The notes under the pieces are model-generated. The model made no database searches. It was not told the DNA's origin and saw only the letters and a program-made list of their open reading frames with translations. A DNA stretch of 64,000 bases, taken from an uncultured Actinomycetota bacterium. GTDB lineage: Bacteria; Actinomycetota; Actinomycetes; Mycobacteriales; SCTD01. Both the position numbers and the translations under genes were made by a program. Shown one piece after another: positions 1 to 8,694 of this stretch (its first letter is position 1; each line of letters starts with the position of its first letter). Location: the NCBI GenBank assembly GCA_963761655.1, contig CAVXHI010000001.1:292683-356682 (forward strand), written 5' to 3'.

Positions 1-1211
1 ACCGGGCGGAGCTCATGCGCCGCCTGCAGGGCGCCCTCCCGCAGGACACCGCCCAGGGCCTGCTGACCGTCGTGTTCTTCTGCGACCTCGACAAGCTCAA
101 GACGGTCAACGACCTGCACGGCCACGCGGCCGGGGACGCCTACCTGCGCGGGGTCGCCGAGCGGCTCTCGGCGTCGATGCGGGCCGGCGACGTCGTCGGG
201 CGGATCGGCGGCGACGAGTTCGTGGCGGTGCTGTCCGGGATCGAGACGCCCACCGAGGCGGTAGGGCTGGCCGGCCGCCTGCTGGAGCGGGTGCGCGAGC
301 CGCTCGAGGTCGAGGGCGCCGTCCTGCACCCGTCCGTGTCGCTGGGCATCAGCATGAGCAGCTCGCCGAGGACCGACGCCGACGCGCTGCTGGCACAGGC
401 CGACACCGCGATGTACCGGGCGAAGAGCGAGGAGCCCGGCAGCTGGCGGGTCTACGACCCCGGCATGCGCAACACCAGCGCCGGCCAGCTCGCCCTGCGC
501 GCCGACCTGCCCGAGGCCCTCGCCCAGGGCCAGTTCCTCCTGCACTACCAGCCGGTCGTGCGCCTGTCGGACGGCGCGACGCTGCTCCACGAGGCGCTCC
601 TGCGCTGGCAGCACCCCCGGCGCGGCCTGCTCGAGCCGGACGACTTCCTGCCCGTGGTGCTCGGCAGCCAGCACGAGTCCGCCGTGACCGAGCTGGTCCT
701 CCTGCAGGCCTGCCGCGACGCCGCCGCCCGCCCCGAGGGCGCCCGCCGGACGTCGGTGAACGTCAGCTCCACCCAGGTCGGCCGCCGGGACCTGCCCGAC
801 GTCGTCCGCCGCGTGCTCGCCACCACCGGGCTGGCCGCCGCGGACCTCCTCCTCGAGATCACCGACGACCGGCTGCTCACCCGCGACGACGGCCCGGTCC
901 GGCTCGCCGAGCTGCACGCCCTCGGCGTCGGGCTCGCCCTCGACGACTACGGCACCGGCAGCTCCGGCCCCGGCTACCTCCTGCGCTTCCGCACGCTGAG
1001 CCTGCTCAAGCTCGCCCCCGCCTTCGCCGCCGCGCTCGGGGAGGACGCCGTCGCGGCGCACCTCGTCGCCTCGACGCTCTCGCTGGCCCGCGCCTGCGGG
1101 ATGGACCTCGTGGTCGAGGGCGTCGAGACGCAGGAGCAGGCCGACGCGCTGCGCGACCTCGGGGTCGAGCAGGTGCAGGGCCACCTGTTCGGGGAGCCCG
1201 CCCCGCTGTAG
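1..1211 (+). CDS. GGDEF/EAL-domain c-di-GMP signalling protein (5' end outside window)
   Basis: The frame of ORF 15..1211 stays open to base 3 (upstream codons read RAEL-M...). GGDEF motif RIGGDEFVAV is followed by EAL-domain motifs EALLRW, DDYGTG and EGVE..QG. Confidence 0.85.
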   Translation, partial: RAELMRRLQGALPQDTAQGLLTVVFFCDLDKLKTVNDLHGHAAGDAYLRGVAERLSASMRAGDVVGRIGGDEFVAVLSGIETPTEAVGLAGRLLERVREPLEVEGAVLHPSVSLGISMSSSPRTDADALLAQADTAMYRAKSEEPGSWRVYDPGMRNTSAGQLALRADLPEALAQGQFLLHYQPVVRLSDGATLLHEALLRWQHPRRGLLEPDDFLPVVLGSQHESAVTELVLLQACRDAAARPEGARRTSVNVSSTQVGRRDLPDVVRRVLATTGLAAADLLLEITDDRLLTRDDGPVRLAELHALGVGLALDDYGTGSSGPGYLLRFRTLSLLKLAPAFAAALGEDAVAAHLVASTLSLARACGMDLVVEGVETQEQADALRDLGVEQVQGHLFGEPAPL

Positions 1212-1218
1212 CGGCGCC

Positions 1219-3333
1219 CTACCGGGTCTGCAGGGCGTCGGTCAGCAGCCCGACCAGGGCCTCGAGCTGGACGTCCGCGGACGAGCCGGCCTCCTCGTCC
1301 GAGCCGTCCAGGGCCCGCGCCGCGAGGCCGGCCTTGCTGTCCAGCAGCTCGGCGATCCGCGCGTCCAGCGTGCCGGCCGCGATGATCCGCCACGCCGTCA
1401 CCGGCTGGTCCTGCCCGATGCGGTGCACCCGGTCGATCGCCTGGGTCTGCTCGGCGTCGGTCCAGGACAGCTCGGCCAGGACGACGTCGGACGCCACCTG
1501 CAGGTTCAGCCCGACCCCGGCCGCGGTGAGCGAGCAGACGGCCACCGCGACGTCGGGGTCCTTGACGAAGGCGTCGATGCTGCGCTGGCGCACGGTGCTG
1601 CTCTGGTTGCCGCGGATCGAGGTGTGGCCGATGCCGCGCTGCGTGAACAGCTCCTCGCAGGCGTCCATGACGTCGACGTGCTTGGCGAACAGCACCACCT
1701 TGCCGACGTTGCGGGCCAGCTGCGCGGTGTAGTCGGCCGCGAGCACCGCCTTCGCCTGGCCGATCCGCCGCAGCATGCTGAACACGTTCTCGCCGCTGCT
1801 CTCGCCGTCGCCCTGCGAGTCCTGGCGCTCCCAGCCGGCGACCTTGCGCACGAGCTCCGCGTCGATCCCGGTGTGGACGACGCCCGGCTCGCGGGCCTCG
1901 AGCGCGCTGTCGTAGCGCTTGACCAGCTTGCGGGCGAGCGCCCGCTCGGCCTCGCGGATGGACCGGCCGAGGGCGCCGTCGAGCTCGACGGGCAGGTCGG
2001 CGATCCGGCGGGCCGGGATGTCCTTGGCGACCTCGACCTTGCGGCGCCGGACGATGCCCATGTCGATGACGGCGGCCCGGGCGGCCGGGTAGAAGTCGGG
2101 GTCGCTCGGGACCAGCTCGCTCTTCTCCAGCCGCGCCACCAGCTCGAGCGAGGGGTCGTCGTCGTCGACCCAGCCGAGGAACTCCCAGATGGCCAGGAAG
2201 TCCTCGACGTCGTTGATCAGCGGCGTGCCGGTGAGCGCCATCATCAGCGGCCGGACCGTCCGCGAGCGGATCCGGTCGGCGAGCTCCAGCACCAGGCGGG
2301 ACCGCTGCGAGGTCTTGTTCTTGATGAAGTGCGCCTCGTCGACGATCATCCCGCGGAACCCGAAGGTGGCCAGCCAGCCGGCGTGCCGGTCCAGGACGTC
2401 GTAGTTGACGACGACGACGTCGGCGAAGGCGTCGAGGTCGTGACCGTCCCCGTGCACGACCGCGGCCGGGTGGTGGGGCGTCCAACGGGCGGTCTCCCGG
2501 GCCCAGTTGGTCTTGACGACGTTCGGGACGACGACGAGCAGCGGGTAGGCCTCGGCGGCCTGCGCGGCGAGCAGCGCCTGGGCGGTCTTGCCCAGGCCCG
2601 GCTCGTCGGCGAGCAGGAACGTCCGGTGCCCGTCCTCCGCGGCGGCCACGACCTGCGCCTGGTGCGGCATCAGCAGCACGCCCGACGCCGACCGCGTGGT
2701 CGGGGCGGGGAGGTCCATGCAGGAGACGGCGCCGCCGGAGGCCTCCGCGAACGACCGCAGCAGCGGCTGCAGCAGCTCCCACCCGGCCAGCAGGCGGGGC
2801 CGCTGCGGGGGCGGCGCGGCCGAGTAGTCCGGCGCGAGGAACGGGTTCGCCAGCTGCCGGGCCACCACCGAGCGCGGCACCACCGGCGGGTCCTTCTTCG
2901 CGGTCGTGCCGGAGAACAGGGCGGTCGTCGCCCGGGCCGGTGCGGGCGGCTCCCACGGCTCGGCCACGCCCGCGGCCCGCTGCAGCTCGGCCACCACCGA
3001 GCGCGTCTCGGGCTGCAGCTCGGCGTCGTCGGTGAGCAGGGTCAGCAGGGTGCCGTCGCGGGCGGCGGTGCGGGCGAGGACGGTGGCGACGGCGTCGAGG
3101 CCCTTGAGCTGGTCGCCCCGGCGGCTCTCGGAGACGTCGGCAGCCTGGATGCGGGCCCGCTCCTGGCGGACCAGCAGGGCGAGGGCCTGGAAGGTGCTGC
3201 GCGTGGTGGACCGGCGGCGCCCGGACTGGACGGCCTGGTCGACCTCGCGGACCGCGCGCTCGAGCACGGGCAGGAGCCCGCGCGGCGCGGGCCGGCGCTT
3301 CTGGGTCGCGGTGGACCGCGGACCTGGGGCCAT
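1219..3333 (-). CDS. SNF2-family DEAD/DEAH helicase
   Basis: ORF 1219..3417. Motifs LLADEPGLGKTAQAL (motif I), DEAHFIKN (motif II), LTAAGVGLNLQ and QAIDRVHRIGQ. ATG at 3333 (MAPGPRS...) is preferred because the 3417 start abuts the tRNA. Confidence 0.85.
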   Translation of the reverse strand: MAPGPRSTATQKRRPAPRGLLPVLERAVREVDQAVQSGRRRSTTRSTFQALALLVRQERARIQAADVSESRRGDQLKGLDAVATVLARTAARDGTLLTLLTDDAELQPETRSVVAELQRAAGVAEPWEPPAPARATTALFSGTTAKKDPPVVPRSVVARQLANPFLAPDYSAAPPPQRPRLLAGWELLQPLLRSFAEASGGAVSCMDLPAPTTRSASGVLLMPHQAQVVAAAEDGHRTFLLADEPGLGKTAQALLAAQAAEAYPLLVVVPNVVKTNWARETARWTPHHPAAVVHGDGHDLDAFADVVVVNYDVLDRHAGWLATFGFRGMIVDEAHFIKNKTSQRSRLVLELADRIRSRTVRPLMMALTGTPLINDVEDFLAIWEFLGWVDDDDPSLELVARLEKSELVPSDPDFYPAARAAVIDMGIVRRRKVEVAKDIPARRIADLPVELDGALGRSIREAERALARKLVKRYDSALEAREPGVVHTGIDAELVRKVAGWERQDSQGDGESSGENVFSMLRRIGQAKAVLAADYTAQLARNVGKVVLFAKHVDVMDACEELFTQRGIGHTSIRGNQSSTVRQRSIDAFVKDPDVAVAVCSLTAAGVGLNLQVASDVVLAELSWTDAEQTQAIDRVHRIGQDQPVTAWRIIAAGTLDARIAELLDSKAGLAARALDGSDEEAGSSADVQLEALVGLLTDALQTR

Positions 3334-3433
3334 GCGTGGACCTCTCCCGTCGGGACCCAGCAGGGCCGTCCTCCCGGGAGCGCACCGCGACGAGGCGGGC
3401 GGGGGGCGGCGGCGCACACGTGTGCGGCTGCTG

Positions 3434-3507
3434 TGGAGCGGGCGACGAGAATCGAACTCGCGTGTCTTGCTTGGGAAGCAAGCGCACTACCATTGTGCTA
3501 CGCCCGC
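3434..3507 (-). tRNA. tRNA-Gly (anticodon CCC), CCA encoded
   Basis: The reverse complement reads GCGGGCG-TA-GCAC..GTGC-CTTGC-TTCCCAA-GCAAG-ACAC-GCGAG-TTCGATT-CTCGT-CGCCCGC-T-CCA. This is a full cloverleaf with a GTTCGATTC T-loop and anticodon CCC. Confidence 0.93.
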
Positions 3508-3564
3508 GTGCTGGTCGTGCCGGGTCGAGCCTAGGTGCTGATCCTAGGGCACTAGCGTGGCGCC

Positions 3565-4158
3565 GTGCTGCTCTCCGACCGCGACCTCAAGGCCGCCCTC
3601 GCCTCCGGGCGCCTGGGACTGGCGCCGTACGACGAGGCGATGGTCCAGCCGAGCAGCATCGACGTCCGCCTGGACCGGTGGTTCCGGGTGTTCGCCAACC
3701 ACCGGTACACCCACATCGACCCGGCCGTCGCGCAGGACGACCTCACCGAGCTGGTCGAGGCCGTGGGCGACGAGCCGTTCGTGCTGCACCCGGGCGAGTT
3801 CGTGCTGGGCAGCACCCTCGAGGTGATCAGCCTCGGCGACGACCTCGCCGCAAGACTAGAAGGAAAATCAAGTCTGGGGCGCCTCGGGCTGCTCACGCAC
3901 TCCACGGCGGGCTTCATCGACCCGGGCTTCTCCGGGCACGTGACCCTCGAGCTGTCCAACGTCGCGAACCTGCCGATCAAGCTCTACCCCGGGATGAAGA
4001 TCGGCCAGGTCTGCGTCCTGCCGCTGAGCTCCCCGGCGGAGAGCCCGTACGGCAGCGAGCGCTACGGCAGCCGGTACCAGGGCCAGCGCGGCCCGACGGC
4101 GAGCAAGTCGCACCTGCGCTTCAACGTGGCGTCGACGCGAGACCCTCAGGAGTCCTGA
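3565..4158 (+). CDS. dcd: dCTP deaminase
   Basis: 197 aa: MLLSDRDL..., [42 protein letters not shown] -10-like hexamer (3553-3558) lies 6 nt before the GTG, so the mRNA may be leaderless. Confidence 0.93.
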   Translation: MLLSDRDLKAALASGRLGLAPYDEAMVQPSSIDVRLDRWFRVFANHRYTHIDPAVAQDDLTELVEAVGDEPFVLHPGEFVLGSTLEVISLGDDLAARLEGKSSLGRLGLLTHSTAGFIDPGFSGHVTLELSNVANLPIKLYPGMKIGQVCVLPLSSPAESPYGSERYGSRYQGQRGPTASKSHLRFNVASTRDPQES

Positions 4159-5332
4159 ACCCCCGCACCCCGGGCACCCGCAGCACCGACAGCGGCAGGG
4201 CGACCGCGAGCACCGTGGCGGCGGCCAGCACCGGTCCGCGTCCGGCGGCCCGCACCAGGGGTCCCGTCAGGGCGAGGCCCAGCGGGTAGAGCGCGAACGT
4301 CATCATCCAGTCGAGGGACACGACCCGGGCGAGGAGCGCCCGCGGGACGTCGGTCTGCAGCGAGCTCTCCCACACGACGACGAACAGCCCGATCCCGCCC
4401 GAGGCCAGCGCCCACGCCGCGCACAGCACGGGCAGCGGAGCCTCGAGCAGGAGCGCCAGCGGCTGGACGGCGCAGAGGGCGGTCGTGAGCACGGCCCAGC
4501 GGCCCTTCGAGGCGGGACCCAGCCGGGTGGCCGCCGCCGCACCGAGCAGGCCGCCGAGGGCGCCGACGGCCAGGACGATCCCGTACGTCGCCGTCTCGCC
4601 CGTGGTGTCGCGGACCGTGACGGGCAGCAGCACCTGCACGGGCGCCCCCACCAGCAGCATGTAGAGGCTGAACATGCCGAGGCAGGACGCGATCCAGGCG
4701 CGCTCCCGGACGGCCCGGACCCCGGCCGCGACCTCGCCGAGGACGCGCTGGCGCGGAGCGGGGACGTGCGGCTCCTCGTGCACCCGCAGCAGGGTCGCGG
4801 CGCTCGTGGCGAAGGTGGCGGCGTCGAACAGGAACCCCGCCCGCACGCCGGCCGCGGCCACCAGCAGCCCGGCGAGGCCCGGCCCGACCACCTGGGCGAG
4901 CTGCTGCGTGCTCGAGGCGAGGGCGTTGCCCGCGGGCAGGAGCGGACCGGGCAGGACCGACGGCAGCAGCGCCCCGAAGGCGGGCCGGAAGAACGCCTCC
5001 CCGGCGCCGACGACGAAGACCAGGGCGGCGAGCACGGGCACGCTGGCGGTCCCGGCGACGACGAGCCCCAGCACGGCCACGAGGCGGAGCAGGTCGGCCG
5101 ACACCATGACCCGACGGCGCGGCAGCCGGTCGGCCCACACCCCGCCGAGCAGGCTGAACAGGACGAGCGCGGCGAAGCGGGCGGCGAGCACGAGGCCCAG
5201 CTCGCCGGCGGAGCCCCCGGAGTCCAGGACCAGGACGGCGACCGTCACGGGGAAGACCTGGTCGCCGACGGCGCTGACCGCCTGGCCCGCGTACAGCCAC
5301 CGGAAGGCCGGCACCTGCAGGGCGGCCTTCAC
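4121..5332 (-). CDS. MFS transporter (12-TMS type)
   Basis: ORF 4121..5479. The body is hydrophobic and multi-helical ([16 protein letters not shown]..., WADRLPRRR loop). GTG at 5332 (VKAALQ...) is the likely start. The 3' end overlaps dcd convergently. Confidence 0.75.
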   Translation of the reverse strand: MKAALQVPAFRWLYAGQAVSAVGDQVFPVTVAVLVLDSGGSAGELGLVLAARFAALVLFSLLGGVWADRLPRRRVMVSADLLRLVAVLGLVVAGTASVPVLAALVFVVGAGEAFFRPAFGALLPSVLPGPLLPAGNALASSTQQLAQVVGPGLAGLLVAAAGVRAGFLFDAATFATSAATLLRVHEEPHVPAPRQRVLGEVAAGVRAVRERAWIASCLGMFSLYMLLVGAPVQVLLPVTVRDTTGETATYGIVLAVGALGGLLGAAAATRLGPASKGRWAVLTTALCAVQPLALLLEAPLPVLCAAWALASGGIGLFVVVWESSLQTDVPRALLARVVSLDWMMTFALYPLGLALTGPLVRAAGRGPVLAAATVLAVALPLSVLRVPGVRGFRTPEGLASTPR

Positions 5333-5530
5333 GCGGGCGCCCCGACGCCGACGTGGCGCCGCGTCCTCGGGGTCCGCCGTGCGCGGGAGCGGCGCTCCTG
5401 CCCGTCGCGGTGCTGCACCGCCCACCCCCCGCGAGTCGTCGGGGAGCCTAGGCGCCCCGGCCTGGAGCACCGCCCGCACGACGACGCCCCGCCCTCCGAC
5501 GGGGGGAGGACGGGGCGTCGAGGAGGGCGA

Positions 5531-8152
5531 CTAGCTGTGCGGGCGCTCCGGGCCGCCGGCGGTGCCGGCGCTGCCGCCCTCGCTCGCGCCGCCGGGCGCG
5601 TCACCCGCGACGCTGCCGGTCGGGGCCGCGGTGACGTCCGGGCCGTGGCCCTCCGCCGTCCGGGCCGGGGCCTGGTCGCCCTGCCCGGCGTCGGAGGCCT
5701 GCGTCGTGATGCCGGGGCCGGTGGTCGCCGGAGCAGTGACGCCCGACGTCGCGGTGTCCTGCGTCGGCTGCGAGCCGCCGTCGCCGCCGCCCGCGCCCGA
5801 CGTGCCGTGGGTCTGGGCGAGCTGCGGGTAGTCCGCGACCTCGGTCTTGGCCGGGTCGGGGTCGACCGGCTTGGGGGCCTCGACGGTGACGTCCTCGGTG
5901 ACGACGTTCTCGCCGGCCTGCGCGGGGGCACCCGCACCGACCAGGGCGGGGGCGCCGACGAGCGACTTCGCCAGGATCTGGCTGACGTCGAGGACCTGCA
6001 CGCCGTCCTTGGCCTCGCCGGACTGCTGCTTGGCGGTGACGGCGTCGGACAGCATGACCATGCAGAACGGGCAGGCCGTGGAGATGAGGTCGGGGTCGAC
6101 GCCCAGGGCCTCGTCGGTGCGCTCCACGTTGATGTGCTTGCCGATCTTCTCCTCCATCCACATGCGGGCGCCGCCGGCGCCGCAGCAGAAGCCGCGCTCC
6201 TTGCAGCGGGGCATCTCCTGGCTGGTGAGGCCGGGGATGCTGGCGAGGACCTCGCGCGGCGGGCTGTAGATGCGGTTGTGCCGGCCCAGGTAGCAGGGGT
6301 CGTGGTAGGTGACCTTCTCGTCGACCGGGGTGATCGGCACGAGCCGGCCCGTCTCGACGAGGTGCCCCAGCAGCTGGGTGTGGTGGACGACCTCGTAGTT
6401 CCCGCCGAGCTGGCTGTACTCGTTCGCCAGCGTGTTGAAGCAGTGCGGGCAGGTCGCGACGATCTTCATGCCGGGCCGGTCCGCCCCGACGCCGTTGAGG
6501 ACCTCGACGTTCTGCTGCGCGAGCGCCTGGAAGACGAACTCGTTGCCGAGGCGGCGGGCCGGGTCACCGGTGCACGCCTCGTTGGACCCGAGGACGGCGA
6601 ACGTCACGTCGGCGGTGTGGAGCAGCTCGGCGAACGCCCGCGTGACCTTCTTGCTGCGGTCCTCGAGGGCGCCGGCGCAGCCGACCCAGAACAGGTACTC
6701 GGTCCCCTCGGGGATCGCGTCCTCGACGACCGTGACCTCGAACGGGAGGTTCGCGTACCACTCGTCGCGCATCGTCTCCTTGAGGCCCCAGGGGTTGCCG
6801 TTCTTCTCGAGGTTGCGCAGCATCACGCCGGCCTCGCTCGGGAACGCGCTCTCGATCAGCACCTGGTAGCGGCGCATGTCGAGGATGTGGTCGACGTGCT
6901 CGATGTCGACGGGGCACTGCTCGACGCAGGCGCCGCAGGTGGTGCAGCTCCACAGGACGTCGGGGTCGATGACCCCGCCCTCCTCGGCGGTGCCGACGAG
7001 CGGGCGCACGGCCTGGTCGGGGGTGGTGCCCTCGACGCGGGCGTAGCCGTCCTCCGGGACGTGGTTGCCCGTGTGGGTCCCGGCGTCGTGGAAGTTCGGG
7101 ACGTGGTCCTCGGGGTGGTCCTTGTCGCCGAGGATGTACGGCGCCTTGGCGAACAGGTGGTCGCGCAGGTTCATGATCAGCAGCTTGGGGCTGAGCGGCT
7201 TGCCCGTGTTCCACGCCGGGCACTGGCTCTGGCAGCGGCCGCACTCGGTGCAGGTGGCCATGTCGAGCATCGCGGTCCACTTGAAGTCCTCGACCTTGGC
7301 GACGCCGAAGGTGTCGACCTCGGGGTCGGCCTCCTCGAAGTCGAGGACCTTGCCGCCGCTCATCATCGGCATCAGCGGGCCGAGCGCGGTGCGCTCCGGG
7401 TAGCGCTTCGTGAGGACGTTCAGCGGTGCGGTGAAGATGTGCAGGTGCTTGGAGTAGGTCACCAGCACGAGGAAGCCCATGATCACGCCGACCTGCCCGA
7501 GGACCATGACGTCCTCGATGACCTCGTTGGCGCGCACGCCGAGCGGGTCGATGGCCTTGGCGATGAGGTTGGAGAAGAAGACCGCGCCGGGCACGTCCTG
7601 CCAGGGGCTGACGCCGTTGTTGAGCTGCGCGGCGCGGATCCCGAACATCGTGAACAGCACGAAGAAGATCAGCGTCAGGACGACCCAGGCGGCACCCGTG
7701 TGCGAGCCGTAGAAGCGGCTGTCGCGCTGCTGGCGGGTCGGGTCCTGGCGCAGGCGCAGGAACGCGAAGGTCAGGATGCCGAGGAGCACGGCGACGCCGA
7801 AGAAGTCCTCCAGGAACCCGAACCAGCCGAACCGGCCGACGAACGGGATCGCGAAGTTCTCGTCGAACATGGCGCCGAAGGCCTCGAGGACGGTGAAGCC
7901 CAGGACGATGAAGCCCCAGAACGTCATGAAGTGGGCGACGCCGGGGACGCTCCACTTCAGCAGGCGCCGCTGCCCGAAGACCTCGACGACCTGGGCGACG
8001 GCGCGCTTCTGCCAGTCGTCCAGCCGCCCCGGGGAGGCCTGGCCGGAGGCCACCATCCGGTAGAGGAAGAACACACGGCGCGCGGCGATGGCGCCGGCGA
8101 TGAGGGTGATCGTCAGACCGACGACCAGGCGCACGATCATGTGCGTTTCCAC
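5531..8152 (-). CDS. Membrane-anchored (Fe-S)-binding oxidoreductase with cysteine-rich CCG domains (heterodisulfide-reductase-like)
   Basis: ORF 5531..8221. N-terminal TM helices, two 4Fe-4S motifs (CTECGRCQSQCP, CTTCGACVEQCP) and CCG motifs (CPHCFNTL, CPFCMVML). The last ~150 aa are a Pro/Ala/Gly/Thr-rich low-complexity tail. GTG at 8152 follows GGAGGA. Confidence 0.85.
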   Translation of the reverse strand: METHMIVRLVVGLTITLIAGAIAARRVFFLYRMVASGQASPGRLDDWQKRAVAQVVEVFGQRRLLKWSVPGVAHFMTFWGFIVLGFTVLEAFGAMFDENFAIPFVGRFGWFGFLEDFFGVAVLLGILTFAFLRLRQDPTRQQRDSRFYGSHTGAAWVVLTLIFFVLFTMFGIRAAQLNNGVSPWQDVPGAVFFSNLIAKAIDPLGVRANEVIEDVMVLGQVGVIMGFLVLVTYSKHLHIFTAPLNVLTKRYPERTALGPLMPMMSGGKVLDFEEADPEVDTFGVAKVEDFKWTAMLDMATCTECGRCQSQCPAWNTGKPLSPKLLIMNLRDHLFAKAPYILGDKDHPEDHVPNFHDAGTHTGNHVPEDGYARVEGTTPDQAVRPLVGTAEEGGVIDPDVLWSCTTCGACVEQCPVDIEHVDHILDMRRYQVLIESAFPSEAGVMLRNLEKNGNPWGLKETMRDEWYANLPFEVTVVEDAIPEGTEYLFWVGCAGALEDRSKKVTRAFAELLHTADVTFAVLGSNEACTGDPARRLGNEFVFQALAQQNVEVLNGVGADRPGMKIVATCPHCFNTLANEYSQLGGNYEVVHHTQLLGHLVETGRLVPITPVDEKVTYHDPCYLGRHNRIYSPPREVLASIPGLTSQEMPRCKERGFCCGAGGARMWMEEKIGKHINVERTDEALGVDPDLISTACPFCMVMLSDAVTAKQQSGEAKDGVQVLDVSQILAKSLVGAPALVGAGAPAQAGENVVTEDVTVEAPKPVDPDPAKTEVADYPQLAQTHGTSGAGGGDGGSQPTQDTATSGVTAPATTGPGITTQASDAGQGDQAPARTAEGHGPDVTAAPTGSVAGDAPGGASEGGSAGTAGGPERPHS

Positions 8153-8412
8153 GGGTCCTCCAGGTACAGGGCGGAACAGCGTCCGCACGCGCGCGCAGAG
8201 CGTACGTCGCGCCCGGGTCAAGGGCTACCGGCGAGTAACTTCCGGACGACGCACTCCTGCTGCCGCCATCGTCCCGCGCAGCCTCCCGCGCCCGCACGCC
8301 GGGGGTCGGTCCGCGGCCGCCACAGGTCCTGTGTCGCGCTGCGCCCCTCCTGCGGAGCCCGGGCCGGGGCGCACCGCGACACGAGGCCGGGCGGGAGCCT
8401 CCGACGGCCGGC

Positions 8413-8619
8413 CTACAGGGCCAGGCGCACGGCCGCGGCCGCCCCTCGGAACATCGCCACCGTCAGCGGTCCGGCGAGCAGCAGCGCGACCACGAGGGCG
8501 AGCACCCGGACGAGCAGGCTCGGTCCACCGGAGGGGCCACGCAGGGAGCTGAGCACGCGACGAGGGTGGCACAGCCGCCGGGTGCAGCAGGAGGAGCAGG
8601 AGACCTGAGCCGGGAACAC
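8413..8619 (-). CDS. Possible small membrane protein (hypothetical)
   Basis: 68 codons, almost all ending in G or C, with one clear hydrophobic helix (LLVRVLALVVALLLAGPLTVAMF). I recognised no homology. Its start lies inside the first dnaK HAIR site. Confidence 0.35.
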   Translation of the reverse strand: MFPAQVSCSSCCTRRLCHPRRVLSSLRGPSGGPSLLVRVLALVVALLLAGPLTVAMFRGAAAAVRLAL

Positions 8620-8624
8620 TCAGG
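8604..8624. promoter_or_regulatory. HAIR-like HspR operator 1 upstream of dnaK
   Basis: CCTGAGC-CGGGAAC-ACTCAGG, compared with the HAIR consensus CTTGAGT-N7-ACTCAAG. It is an inverted repeat with an N7 spacer. Confidence 0.65.
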
Positions 8625-8629
8625 TCGAC

Positions 8630-8658
8630 TCGACAGTTGTCCGGGGCGTGCCTAGGGT
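8630..8658 (+). promoter_or_regulatory. Putative dnaK promoter (-35 TCGACA, 17-nt spacer, -10 TAGGGT)
   Basis: The hexamers were read directly from the sequence. The site is flanked and overlapped by the two HAIR-like sites, the arrangement known for HspR-repressed promoters. Confidence 0.4.
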
Positions 8659-8676
8659 GAGTCCCAGGCAGTCAAC
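8656..8676. promoter_or_regulatory. HAIR-like HspR operator 2 (degenerate)
   Basis: GGTGAGT-CCCAGGC-AGTCAAC overlaps the -10 region. Its right half is imperfect. Confidence 0.45.
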
Positions 8677-8694
8677 TACTGAAGGAGCACCACC

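Noticed and set aside
3434-3507. Integrative element at tRNA-Gly
   Set aside because: There is no integrase, no duplicated tRNA 3' segment and no compositional break next to the tRNA. The flanking genes (SNF2 helicase, dcd) look like core genes.
4146-4158. The near-palindrome TCAGGA-G-TCCTGA at the dcd stop as evidence for another frameshift in the convergent MFS gene
   Set aside because: Ending the MFS gene at 4146 would need a different kind of shift (span 3n+2). The affected tail is short, lies after the last TM helix, and is not conserved enough to judge.
4766-8608. 1280-aa ORF on the plus strand across the Fe-S reductase locus. Similar giant ORFs are at 8620..12228, 12685..16161, 16615..19779, 22450..26364, 35337..39107 and 53338..55962.
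   Set aside because: These are Arg/Pro/Gly/Ala-rich low-complexity translations that lie antisense or out of frame to genes with unmistakable conserved motifs (dnaK, clpB, fba, purD and others). Stop-poor alternate frames are expected in DNA this GC-rich.
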